From positions 18,704-82,703 of IMG/VR virus record IMGVR_UViG_3300032216_001981: a DNA stretch of 64,000 bases. One strand, 5' to 3'. Source of the DNA: a virus. Taxonomy: Duplodnaviria; Caudoviricetes. The stretch's first letter is position 1. Every line of letters starts with the position of its first letter. The notes under the pieces are model-generated. The model was not told where the DNA came from and ran no database searches. It saw nothing but the letters and a program-made list of their open reading frames with translations. A program made the position numbers and the translations under genes. Below are positions 46,736-57,969 of the stretch, piece after piece.

Positions 46736-46906
46736 CTATGAATTCACTGTGTTGAATGGGCTTAGATCTTCTTCAAACTCACTGAATTGGTCGGTGGCCA
46801 CTAACTTTGTTGAAAACTCTAAACTTTCTGCCCAGGCTTGATGCTCGGTTTCTGAGGGAAATGCTGACGAATATTCTTCTTTGGGTATGGTGTTTGCATT
46901 GTTCAT
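46736..46906 (-). CDS. Small acidic early protein
   Basis: MNNANTIPKEE..., GGAG SD. Confidence 0.55.
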   Translation of the reverse strand: MNNANTIPKEEYSSAFPSETEHQAWAESLEFSTKLVATDQFSEFEEDLSPFNTVNS

Positions 46907-46935
46907 TTTTGCTCCCGATGATTGACGTAACTGCA

Positions 46936-46964
46936 AGTATAACACAACAAGAATTGTCAGTCAA
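46936..46964 (-). promoter_or_regulatory. Sigma70-type early promoter, divergent cassette copy
   Basis: TTGACT-17 nt-TATACT, AATTC in spacer. Confidence 0.7.
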
Positions 46965-47008
46965 GAAAAAACCCGCCCAAGTGTGCATCGAGGAGAGGCC
47001 GGGCGGGT
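46965..47008 (-). terminator. groEL terminator-like hairpin with long loop
   Basis: ACCCGCCC/GGGCGGGT stem, 22-nt loop, U-tract. Confidence 0.7.
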
Positions 47009-47031
47009 GTGTCCTACTTATTTAACCGCAA

Positions 47032-48956
<1,925 letters not shown>

Positions 48957-49048
48957 GATCTCCTTTAGTTAATGATTAAATTCTAGTTTATTGTTTTACT
49001 GCAAGAAAGTCAACCAGCTCCTGCTCGATTGACAAAAATATTTATCTC

Positions 49049-49819
49049 TCAGAAATACTGACACGTGGTTCTGGGGAAAAAGCACTCGTTTTGTTTCAGG
49101 GGTTTTATTTTGATAGTTTCCAACACTGTGCTGACTCCCAGACCCATGGCCAAGCTGTAGACAAAGTTTTGGTTGGCCATTACCAATTCGGCTCCGGCAA
49201 CTACATTGGCCAATTCTAAGAAATTATCGACAGAGTAGTACGGAATGGCAACTCCAGTTACTTGTACAAAATCTTCATGTTCTGCAGAAGTTCCAATAAA
49301 AATACCATTGTTGACCAAGTCCGCATCAGCCACCATGCTTTGCCAAACAGCGTTGCCATTTGGACAACGGTAACGATGTGTACGACTGACTACAATGGGT
49401 TTGACTCGAACTGGATCTGCTTCTAACCAAGCTGTGTCGTAGTCCTGCATAGCAAATGGCAAGTTGAACGCACGATGATAGGCCTCAACATAGTTGCCTT
49501 CAAAGCCTCTAAACAGTGTGCCACGAAATCTATCTAAATCCACTGTGGGTTCAGCATCACCCTGACTCCAAGTAGCCACTGAGTCAATATAACTTTGTCG
49601 TTTGAGCAAAGGCTGTAACCAAGCATAATCCTGTTCAGTGAATCTACCTCTATGTGCTGGATCTACTTCGTCCGGTCTATAACCGTATTGTGCTACACAT
49701 GATTCTATGTTGTTTAAGGCAACCAAGAACCGGCCCGGTGGCATTTTCTTTACAATAGATAAACTGTAAATTAAATCACCCAGTGTTCCAGAATGACGAA
49801 ACGTATTAGATACTGTCAT
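49049..49819 (-). CDS. GT9-like/GT-B glycosyltransferase
   Basis: HSGTLGDLIYSL, ANQNFVYSLA. Confidence 0.55.
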   Translation of the reverse strand: MTVSNTFRHSGTLGDLIYSLSIVKKMPPGRFLVALNNIESCVAQYGYRPDEVDPAHRGRFTEQDYAWLQPLLKRQSYIDSVATWSQGDAEPTVDLDRFRGTLFRGFEGNYVEAYHRAFNLPFAMQDYDTAWLEADPVRVKPIVVSRTHRYRCPNGNAVWQSMVADADLVNNGIFIGTSAEHEDFVQVTGVAIPYYSVDNFLELANVVAGAELVMANQNFVYSLAMGLGVSTVLETIKIKPLKQNECFFPRTTCQYF

Positions 49820-50534
49820 TGCGTCTCACACCTTTGTAGTCTGGCGACAGGTTTCTTTTTGCACTGGCGGCATCAACAAACCAACGTTGATTACTTCTGT
49901 ACTGACTTTCTCGTTTAACAAACACCATGTCAACCTGTGCCAGTAACCCTGTTTCAGCAAAGCCGGTGTGTATGATGTCGTAGGTAACAAAGCCTTGTTC
50001 GGCCATAAAGTTCAAGTATTCAAGAAAGATTGGTTGCCCTACATATTGTTCCACTAGGCCAATTTCCAACAATACAAATTCAAAGTTTGGCAAACATGCA
50101 ACTGCACCTTTGACCACTTCCAACTCTCCGCCCTGTACATCAATTTTAAGCAATGCAGGACCTGACAATTCAAACGCTTCCCACATGCTGTCCAGTGTAA
50201 ATTGCGGGACTGTTCTGGCTCGCATTTCATAGTCACCGGCTTCGGCTTCCAGTGTAGTGAATCTACTGCTGCCACCCAGGTCAGTGGGCACGTTGAAAGT
50301 AATTTCACCGGTTTCTGCACCAGCCGCGGCCAACATGTAGTTACCGCGATAACGACGGCACAGTTGTTGTAGGCTGGGTTCAAATTCTACCAAGGGCTCA
50401 ACAAACAGGTATTGGGCCTGAGGGAAATGACGATACATTTCCTCGGTGTCGGTGGCCACTCCAACATCAACCACTGTGGCAGGTGTAAATCCCTGTTGTT
50501 TTATAAATGTAAAAAATTCGTCCCAGTTTCTCAA
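49806..50534 (-). CDS. FkbM-family methyltransferase
   Basis: VVDVGVA, FVEPL, LLKIDVQGGE. Confidence 0.88.
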   Translation of the reverse strand: MRNWDEFFTFIKQQGFTPATVVDVGVATDTEEMYRHFPQAQYLFVEPLVEFEPSLQQLCRRYRGNYMLAAAGAETGEITFNVPTDLGGSSRFTTLEAEAGDYEMRARTVPQFTLDSMWEAFELSGPALLKIDVQGGELEVVKGAVACLPNFEFVLLEIGLVEQYVGQPIFLEYLNFMAEQGFVTYDIIHTGFAETGLLAQVDMVFVKRESQYRSNQRWFVDAASAKRNLSPDYKGVRRNDSI

Positions 50535-50535
50535 A

Positions 50536-51456
50536 TTATTCTCCTAGTTGTGTTAGTATGGCTGTGGTTATTTGTTTGGTATCAAAATTGTTGGTGCAGG
50601 GATAGTTGCCTTTTTCGCACACAATTTGTCTTATGGGTCTTGCTTGACGGTCATTACAACCCGCACAGTCTTCCAGTGTTGGAATGGCTGTGGCACGCCA
50701 CATGTGGTCCTGGCGTCTATGTGGTACTATGCGTTCAGGTCGTAGGTGTGTGAGCAGGGCAACAATGTGTGTTGAACTTGCTGCCGCACACTGCATGGGG
50801 GCAGAATCAATGCCCACAAATGCCGCGGCATGGTCACAGAGATATTTTAATTGCTGACTGTTGTATCTATCACGTGCATCAAAGAACAAGGGATGATCCA
50901 GAGTGTGATCTGTTGCACCGCCCACTGTGACTATCCGAAAATCTGTACGTGCTGTGAATAATTGTGCAAATACATCGTACCATACCTCCAAGGAAATGTT
51001 CTTGGCACCCCAGTGCCAGTTACGCATGTGAACCACAATAAATTTTGCTTTGATATCCTGTAGATCTTGATCCACCAGGACTTTGTCTGTAGTGTCCGGG
51101 AACAGTTCCACACTGCGATTAAAATTTGTACTGCCAAACGCACGATAAAAATAACTGTCCACATAATGATTTTCAGGATTGACTTCGTAAGCGTCATCCA
51201 AGTTGATGTAAACATCATAACGTCCAGCTTCCACTGCTGCCATGGGTATTAAATTTCTCACATGTGGATTATTTCTATACACTTCCATGCAGTCTGTGGC
51301 CACATCAATGCCAGCATCTGCCCCGTAGCGTCTTTTCAATTCACGCACCACTCCGGTGGTCATAATGACATCACCAATGGCAGCACGCCGTTGTACTAAA
51401 ATATTAAGGGGTCGTTCAATCTTCAATGGCCACTCCATTGGGTCCAAGTAAACCAC
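50536..51456 (-). CDS. GT9 (heptosyltransferase-like) glycosyltransferase
   Basis: RRAAIGDVIMTT, FVGIDSAPMQCAAA. Confidence 0.8.
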   Translation of the reverse strand: MVYLDPMEWPLKIERPLNILVQRRAAIGDVIMTTGVVRELKRRYGADAGIDVATDCMEVYRNNPHVRNLIPMAAVEAGRYDVYINLDDAYEVNPENHYVDSYFYRAFGSTNFNRSVELFPDTTDKVLVDQDLQDIKAKFIVVHMRNWHWGAKNISLEVWYDVFAQLFTARTDFRIVTVGGATDHTLDHPLFFDARDRYNSQQLKYLCDHAAAFVGIDSAPMQCAAASSTHIVALLTHLRPERIVPHRRQDHMWRATAIPTLEDCAGCNDRQARPIRQIVCEKGNYPCTNNFDTKQITTAILTQLGE

Positions 51457-52129
51457 GCAGTCCCATCACCGGGCATTGTGTAATCAACTCTTGGGGCAAA
51501 TAGTAATACAGCATGTGTTCAATATCAAAATATCCACCAGCATCTAATCTCTGTGCCATGGCCACAAATCCACGCAGGTAACTGTCGATGACGGTCTGGG
51601 TTTGATCTGCTGGCCAACTCCATAATCTACTCATGTATTGATATTCCATGCCATCTGTTATTGAGGGAGGGAATTGGCTTGACTTGCGTTCCAACACCAC
51701 AATGCGATCCGGCACTGTGTTGTAGTATTCGGGATCAAATCTTTCGGTCAATTGATAACGTCCCGACATTTTAAATATTCTATCAAACTGTTCAGGAATT
51801 TTAGCCGCTGTCATTTGTGACAGCAGTTCACCAAATATCATTACTTCTGTGGTATTTTTTACTATGTCCCAGTTGTTGGTGCTGTGGAATATACCTTGCA
51901 CAGCTTCGTTTTCACTGAAATTATAGTAGTATTCCACTTGAGATTCTATAGTGGCGATTTGCTCGTTGGTGGAGGGAATACCGCCCATCTCCACAACAGC
52001 AATGCTGGCACCGGGACAATATCTGCGTATGGATTCTATACTGTCTAGTGTTTGGGTGAGTCGCTGAGAGTTTGAGTGTACGCCAAATTTGGTATTCAAG
52101 GCGCTGGTTAAAATAAAAAGTGGTTTCAT
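51416..52129 (-). CDS. Hypothetical protein, GT-A-like suspected
   Basis: FILTSAL, IFKMSGRY, DIEH; first gene of the leftward glycan operon. Confidence 0.5.
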   Translation of the reverse strand: MKPLFILTSALNTKFGVHSNSQRLTQTLDSIESIRRYCPGASIAVVEMGGIPSTNEQIATIESQVEYYYNFSENEAVQGIFHSTNNWDIVKNTTEVMIFGELLSQMTAAKIPEQFDRIFKMSGRYQLTERFDPEYYNTVPDRIVVLERKSSQFPPSITDGMEYQYMSRLWSWPADQTQTVIDSYLRGFVAMAQRLDAGGYFDIEHMLYYYLPQELITQCPVMGLRGLLGPNGVAIED

Positions 52130-52135
52130 AATAGT

Positions 52136-52165
52136 ATTATATTTAAGTTCTCACCAAGTTGTCAA
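52136..52165 (-). promoter_or_regulatory. Sigma70 promoter of the leftward glycan operon (leaderless)
   Basis: TTGACA-18 nt-TATAAT, 6 nt upstream of ATG 52129. Confidence 0.7.
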
Positions 52166-52179
52166 ATATTTTTTAACCG

Positions 52180-52208
52180 TTGACTTACACAATGTTAAAT
52201 AATATACT
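52180..52208 (+). promoter_or_regulatory. Sigma70 promoter of the rightward glycan operon
   Basis: TTGACT-17 nt-TATACT. Confidence 0.75.
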
Positions 52209-52233
52209 ATTTCAATTACTACAGGATTTTTCA

Positions 52234-53202
52234 ATGAAACTACTCGTAACAGGTGGAGCAGGCTATATTGGCAGTAAACTTGTACCGTACCTTGCCACTC
52301 AAGGACACACCATCACAGTGTTGGACCGTTTTGATTTTGGATGCAATGTTGAATCAACTACCAATGTCACAGTGACAGAAATGGACATATTTGATGCTAC
52401 AGCCGATACCTATGCAGGGTTTGACGCTGTGATTCATTTGGCCGGACTCAGCAATGACCCAATGGCCAACTTCAAACCCAGTCATAATTTTATAGAAAAC
52501 CTAGGCGGAACCAGTTTAACAGCGTATTTGGCCCGTGAAGCAGGTGTGCCTAAATTTATATTTGCCAGCAGTTGTAGTGTGTATGGCAGCAACGGACGCA
52601 CTGTGAGTGATGAAATGATTACTCCACAGGTGGACTTCCCTTATGGTATCAGTAAGATACAAAGTGAGCACGGATTGAACTATTTGAGTAACAACCGATT
52701 CAAAGTAATTAATCTAAGACAAGCCACAGTGTTTGGTTGGGCGCCACGCATGCGTACAGACCTTGTGGTCAACACCATGACCAAGACCAGTATATTGGAC
52801 AGTACCATTTATATCAATGACAAAAAGGCCTGCAGACCCTTGATCCACATTGACGACTTGATTCGTGTGTATGGTGAAGTTTTAGTGCATGAAGATTTAC
52901 CCACAGTGATCAATGTCAGTGCCAAAAACTACAGCATAGGTGACTTAGCCACAGAAATACGCAGTACACTGTTGCCTAGAATTCCAAAACTAACCATCAT
53001 CAACAACAGAGTTCCGGATCCTAGAAGTTATTTTGTTGACAATCGAGTGATGCAAGGCTTGTTTGGCCAGTGGGATTATGTTACAATTCCCAATGCAGTT
53101 GAGGAATTAATCTCCAAGATGCCGGTAACAGATCGAGCAGGCTGGAGTGAGCCCAACTACATCAACGTAGAAATGTACAAAAAACGCATCAGTCAAGGAT
53201 AA
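52234..53202 (+). CDS. NAD-dependent epimerase/dehydratase (extended SDR)
   Basis: TGGAGYIG, HLAGLSND, SSCSVYG, YGISK; start moved to ATG 52234 (SD ACAGGA). Confidence 0.92.
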   Translation: MKLLVTGGAGYIGSKLVPYLATQGHTITVLDRFDFGCNVESTTNVTVTEMDIFDATADTYAGFDAVIHLAGLSNDPMANFKPSHNFIENLGGTSLTAYLAREAGVPKFIFASSCSVYGSNGRTVSDEMITPQVDFPYGISKIQSEHGLNYLSNNRFKVINLRQATVFGWAPRMRTDLVVNTMTKTSILDSTIYINDKKACRPLIHIDDLIRVYGEVLVHEDLPTVINVSAKNYSIGDLATEIRSTLLPRIPKLTIINNRVPDPRSYFVDNRVMQGLFGQWDYVTIPNAVEELISKMPVTDRAGWSEPNYINVEMYKKRISQG

Positions 53203-53204
53203 CA

Positions 53205-54521
53205 ATGGAAGAAATATTAAGATTAGTTCGCGAATATATTAAAAATAAACAAGCCACACAAACGTGGACAGCAGGTCGAGATCTAGTACACTATGCAGGC
53301 GCACACTTTGACAGTGACGAGTATGCAGCCGCAGTGGAAAGTTTGCTCAAAGGTTGGTTGGTCATGGGCGATAATGGTATGCAGTTTGAACGAGAGTTCC
53401 CACAACAGTTTGGTAAAACTGGTGGTATCTTGACCAACTCGGGAAGTAGCAGTAACTTGCTGATGATGGCAGCATTGACCAGCAAGCGTGGATATAACTT
53501 TCCACGTGGCACCAAAGTGTTGATGCCCATCGCAGGATTCCCCACTACACTGAATCCAACATTGCAAATGGGATTTGAGCCGGTGTTCTTGGATATTGAA
53601 CTGGACACACTGAATTTAGATTTAACACGAGCAGAAGATTTAATTCGCGAACATGATATTAAAATTCTTACATTTGCTCATGTGTTGGGTAATTGTCCCA
53701 ACATGGATGATGTAATGGCCTTGGTCAAGAAATACAATTTGGTATTCTTAGAAGATTGCTGTGATGCACTGGGCAGTACATTCAACGGAAGAGCCTTGGG
53801 CAGTTATGGCTTAATGGCAAGTTGTAGTTTTTATCCTGCACACCACATGACCATGGGCGAAGGTGGCTTTGTTGCTACCAGTGATCCACAAACTGAAATT
53901 ATCCTACGCAGTTTCCGTGAGTGGGGTCGTGGTTGTTATTGTGTGGGTCCTGTGGCCAATAAATTAAAATGTGGTACTTGTAACAAACGATTCAACAACT
54001 GGATTCCCACATTACCAGATGAGATCTTTGATCACAAGTTTGTGTATGATGAAATTGGATATAACCTAAAACCCATTGAAGTGCAGTGTGCCATGGGTAT
54101 GCAACAACTTAAAAAGTTACCAGAGATTCATGCACTACGCAAACGCAACTATCAGTTACTGTTTGACATTTACCAAAAGTACGAAGAGTTTTTCCATTTA
54201 CCAAGAGCACAAGCAGGTGCGGATCCCAGTTGGTTCGCTTTCCCGCTGACCATACGTGCTGGTGCACCATTCACTCGCAATGAAATTGTAGACTATTTGG
54301 AAGAAAATTTAATTCAAACCCGTCCATACTTTGCCGGTAATATTATGTTGCAACCGGCCTACAGTCATTTAATGAATCCTGTGGATGCTAAAAACAATTT
54401 CCCAGTGGCCACACATGTCATGACCCACAGTTATTTCCATGGTGCCAGTGCTGTGATCACTCCTGAGCAGATTGCGTGGATTGGTGAACGAGTTGATGGA
54501 TTTATGAGTTTATACAAATAA
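53205..54521 (+). CDS. rfbH: NDP-4-keto-6-deoxyhexose 3-dehydrase, RfbH/DdhC (E1) type
   Basis: SFYPAHHMTMGEGG (His in place of the DegT Lys), EDCCDALG, WGRGCYC...CGTC, YNLKP, FAGNI. Confidence 0.88.
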   Translation: MEEILRLVREYIKNKQATQTWTAGRDLVHYAGAHFDSDEYAAAVESLLKGWLVMGDNGMQFEREFPQQFGKTGGILTNSGSSSNLLMMAALTSKRGYNFPRGTKVLMPIAGFPTTLNPTLQMGFEPVFLDIELDTLNLDLTRAEDLIREHDIKILTFAHVLGNCPNMDDVMALVKKYNLVFLEDCCDALGSTFNGRALGSYGLMASCSFYPAHHMTMGEGGFVATSDPQTEIILRSFREWGRGCYCVGPVANKLKCGTCNKRFNNWIPTLPDEIFDHKFVYDEIGYNLKPIEVQCAMGMQQLKKLPEIHALRKRNYQLLFDIYQKYEEFFHLPRAQAGADPSWFAFPLTIRAGAPFTRNEIVDYLEENLIQTRPYFAGNIMLQPAYSHLMNPVDAKNNFPVATHVMTHSYFHGASAVITPEQIAWIGERVDGFMSLYK

Positions 54522-54529
54522 GGAATATT

Positions 54530-55138
54530 ATGAATGATGTTGAACGCAGAGTAGTTGATATTAGTTACCAGCATAAGATTGGACATTTGAGTTCAACTTT
54601 AAATGCAGTTAATATCATTGAAGAGATTTATCAGAACAAAGGCCCAAACGAACCGTTTATCCTAAGTTCAGGCCATGCAGCCTTGGCTTGGTATGTGGTC
54701 TTGGAAAAGTATGAAGGACAAGATGCTGAACATTTATTTGAAAAGCATGGACTTCATCCACATAGAGACGTTGAGTCAGGATTACCTTGCAGTACTGGCA
54801 GTTTAGGCATGGGACTCACAGTGGCTGTGGGCTATGCACTGGCCAATAGACAGCGCCGTGTGCATTGTTTAATCAGTGACGGCGAGTGCGGTGAGGGATC
54901 AATTTGGGAAGCATTGAGATTTATATATGAAGCCAAATTGGATAATCTAGAAGTCTACGTCAATGTCAACGGCATGATTGCTTACGATTTTATTGACAAA
55001 GAATATATTTTTACAAGACTACGTGCATTTTTGCCAAGAGTCAACATCCGCGAAACAGAGCCACCCAATTGGCCGTTTGCACAAGGTGTACTCACACACT
55101 ACTACGTTTTAAAACCAGAGGACTACGCACAACTATGA
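54530..55138 (+). CDS. Transketolase-like N-terminal (ThDP-binding) subunit A1
   Basis: GHLSS, SSGHAAL, STGSLGMG, SDGECGEG...VNVN. Confidence 0.9.
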   Translation: MNDVERRVVDISYQHKIGHLSSTLNAVNIIEEIYQNKGPNEPFILSSGHAALAWYVVLEKYEGQDAEHLFEKHGLHPHRDVESGLPCSTGSLGMGLTVAVGYALANRQRRVHCLISDGECGEGSIWEALRFIYEAKLDNLEVYVNVNGMIAYDFIDKEYIFTRLRAFLPRVNIRETEPPNWPFAQGVLTHYYVLKPEDYAQL

Positions 55139-55617
55139 GACCACGTTTTGGAGAATTACTAGCAGACTCAATAGAAAAAGACAAAAGAATTTATCTATTG
55201 GCCGGAGATGTAGGATTTGGTGTACTGAATCGGTCAAGAGAAATTGCACCAGATCGTGCCTACAACATGGGTGCTGCCGAACAACTGATACTGGGCACTG
55301 CTGTGGGGCTAACACACAACGGTGCCATTCCCATTTGTTACAGCATTACACCTTTTATTATTTTTAGACCCTATGAGTGGTTGCGTAACTACTTGAATCA
55401 CGAGTTGGCTCCTGTTAAACTGGTGGGATCGGGTAGAGATCGAGATTACGGACACTTGGGATTCAGTCACTGGGCCATTGATGACGAGGCAGCACTACAG
55501 GTATTTCCAAACATTAAAATTTACAAGCCCCGAGACAGTGCCGAACTGGAAGCAATTTGGGAAGAGTTTTTATACAACGACAAACCTTGTTACTTGAATT
55601 TGTCAAAAGCCAGCTAA
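55135..55617 (+). CDS. Transketolase-like pyrimidine-binding subunit B1
   Basis: LAGDVGF, NMGAAEQ, RPYEWLR, GFSHWA; ATGA overlap start. Confidence 0.9.
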   Translation: MRPRFGELLADSIEKDKRIYLLAGDVGFGVLNRSREIAPDRAYNMGAAEQLILGTAVGLTHNGAIPICYSITPFIIFRPYEWLRNYLNHELAPVKLVGSGRDRDYGHLGFSHWAIDDEAALQVFPNIKIYKPRDSAELEAIWEEFLYNDKPCYLNLSKAS

Positions 55618-55628
55618 AGGAAACAATT

Positions 55629-56501
55629 ATGGCAGTTTATGACTGTATGCATTACTGGATCGAAAACGATCTATTGGAAATTAGATTTAACGAACACTGG
55701 GACCATGTTGATAAATTTGTCATTGTGGAAGCTGGAGAAACACACACTGGATTGCCCAAGCCATTCAATTTTGATCATGAGCGATTCGCTCCCTACGCTG
55801 AAAAAATTATATATAGAAAATTTGACACGTTTGATCAAGCATACTTAGATTATCCGCACTTGGTAGATGAGTTTGTAACTTTAGATCGTGGTGAGGCACA
55901 AAGCAGTGCCGACTGGGGAAGAGATCATTTCCAATGTAATTTTATTCTACAGGCCTTGATGGATGCCGGCGCCACAGATGATGATATAGTATATGTAAGC
56001 TGTCCAGACGAGTTGTTGCGTGGTGCTACTTTTGAAACAGTTCGTGCCGCACTGGAACCTGTCACTGACCATGCCAACATGCCTATTATCATGTTCAAGT
56101 ACATGACTTATGGGTACAAGTTTAATTTGTTGCATAAAAGTTGGGAAGAGTCAGATTCGTCCGGTATGGTATCAAAGTTGTCCACTTACAAAAAGCGTTT
56201 GCCAGCTACCCTGCGTGATCAACGTATTTGCACTCACTTGATCAACAATGCTGGATGGCATTTTACATTCATGGATCAGAACGGTGGCGAAGATATTCTA
56301 GCCAAACAACGTGCATGGGCTCACAGTCGTGACCATGATCCAAAACACACTAAATTAAAGTTCGACAACACCACTAGAGAAGAAGCCCTAGCTAGATTTT
56401 TAGCTGACTATCATTTAGTAACAGTGCCAACAGAACCTGGTATGCAACCACAATACATTTTAGATAATTACCAGCAATTTAAAAATTACTTCAGCGAATA
56501 A
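55629..56501 (+). CDS. GT17-like glycosyltransferase
   Basis: DLLEIRF, VDKFVIVEA.ETHTG, SCPDE, AGWHFT. Confidence 0.82.
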   Translation: MAVYDCMHYWIENDLLEIRFNEHWDHVDKFVIVEAGETHTGLPKPFNFDHERFAPYAEKIIYRKFDTFDQAYLDYPHLVDEFVTLDRGEAQSSADWGRDHFQCNFILQALMDAGATDDDIVYVSCPDELLRGATFETVRAALEPVTDHANMPIIMFKYMTYGYKFNLLHKSWEESDSSGMVSKLSTYKKRLPATLRDQRICTHLINNAGWHFTFMDQNGGEDILAKQRAWAHSRDHDPKHTKLKFDNTTREEALARFLADYHLVTVPTEPGMQPQYILDNYQQFKNYFSE

Positions 56502-56512
56502 CAGGATCCTAT

Positions 56513-57154
56513 ATGCATGCCGTTGCTTCAATTAACTTAGAAAACTATCAAGACCTAGCCGACTTGACTGACGCACCCAAGCGTGAGTATTGTGAACGTT
56601 GGGGTTATCAATTTCACGTGTTGCGTGATTCACACTACAGTCCTGTCATGGGCTTTAATAAAATTCACTACATGTTAGACTTGTTAAACACACATCCGGA
56701 CATTGACTGGTTGTTGTTTACCGAATGTGATGCTACAATAACTAACTTAACTGTCAGCATTGATGACAAGATTGATGAAGGTTATCATTTTATCATGCCC
56801 GTGGACAGATTGAATCTAAATGCTGGAAATATTTTAGTACGCAACTCACCACAAGGGCGTGGCTATTTGCAAATGATTTTAAATCATGAAAGTGAATACG
56901 CTGAAGCCGAATGGGCAGAACAGCAGGTCATCATTGACAGTATTGAGGATTACACCGACATAGTTAAAATTGTACCACAGAAATACATGAACAGTTACGT
57001 ACAAGCACCATATGATTACTGTGATGTGCGTTGGGATATATTTGGTCTCAGTGGAGAATGGACACCAGGTGATTGGATTGTGCATTGGCCTGGATTACAC
57101 AAGCCTGTACGCATACAGCAGGCCACAGAGATGTTGACGAGAATCACAAGATGA
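56513..57154 (+). CDS. GT34-like (GMA12/MNN10) glycosyltransferase
   Basis: KREYCERWGY, NKIHY, WLLFTECDA, LNAGNILVRN, EQQ, GDWIVHWPG. Confidence 0.8.
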   Translation: MHAVASINLENYQDLADLTDAPKREYCERWGYQFHVLRDSHYSPVMGFNKIHYMLDLLNTHPDIDWLLFTECDATITNLTVSIDDKIDEGYHFIMPVDRLNLNAGNILVRNSPQGRGYLQMILNHESEYAEAEWAEQQVIIDSIEDYTDIVKIVPQKYMNSYVQAPYDYCDVRWDIFGLSGEWTPGDWIVHWPGLHKPVRIQQATEMLTRITR

Positions 57155-57969
57155 AAATATTAATTACAGGCACTTCGGGATTTATTGGCAAGAGTTTTCA
57201 AGAACACTTTGAGCAAACCCATGAAGTTGTTGTATGGGGTAGAGATTCCATATCCTTGACTGCGGCATTGAATTTATATCAGCCCAAATTAATATTGCAT
57301 TGTGCGGCTGAGATTTACAATGCCGATGTTATGCAACAATCTAACATTGGCCTAGTGTACGAAATACTGGAATGGCAAAGACTCAATCCTGTTGCTAGAA
57401 TGATCACCATTGGCAGCAGTGCCGAGTACGGTCCTGTGGATCGTGCTACCTGTGAAACAGATAGAATCAATCCGCAGAATGTGTACGAAGCTACCAAAGG
57501 TGCTGCCACGCTGTTGTGTCAAGGTTATGCTAGACAGTTTGGTATACACACCTGTGTGGCACGTATCTATTCAGGCTATGGTGCATATGAACGCCCACGC
57601 AGACTGTTTCCCACCCTGTACCGAGCATTCTTTAAAAATGAACCAATGACTATTTTTGAAGGTGTACATGACTTTATCTACATCGAAGATTTCATTCGCG
57701 GCATTGAAATATTAATTAGACATGACTGGGCTCCAGGGGAACTTGTTAACTTTGGTTCAGGAGTCCAAACTACCAATTCACAAGTGTTGGCGGCATGGGA
57801 AAGAGTAACAGGACGACAGGCTCCGGTTACATTCAAAGACTCGTTTATGCGGGCACATGATACACTGGTATGGCAATGTGACACAGCTTATGCAAAAGAA
57901 AAGTATGGATTTGAAACACAGTACACCTTAGACGCAGGTATAGCAGATATAATCAAGAGACTACAATGA
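57151..57969 (+). CDS. NAD-dependent epimerase/4-reductase (extended SDR)
   Basis: TGTSGFIG, GSSAEYG, YEATK; ATGA overlap start. Confidence 0.9.
   Translation: MKILITGTSGFIGKSFQEHFEQTHEVVVWGRDSISLTAALNLYQPKLILHCAAEIYNADVMQQSNIGLVYEILEWQRLNPVARMITIGSSAEYGPVDRATCETDRINPQNVYEATKGAATLLCQGYARQFGIHTCVARIYSGYGAYERPRRLFPTLYRAFFKNEPMTIFEGVHDFIYIEDFIRGIEILIRHDWAPGELVNFGSGVQTTNSQVLAAWERVTGRQAPVTFKDSFMRAHDTLVWQCDTAYAKEKYGFETQYTLDAGIADIIKRLQ

Noticed and set aside
46965-47015. HDV-like/theta or hammerhead ribozyme (UCCUCG loop; CTGATG at 4805)
   Set aside because: The required P1/P3 helices or the CUGANGA...GAAA core could not be built. Kept only as a motif observation.
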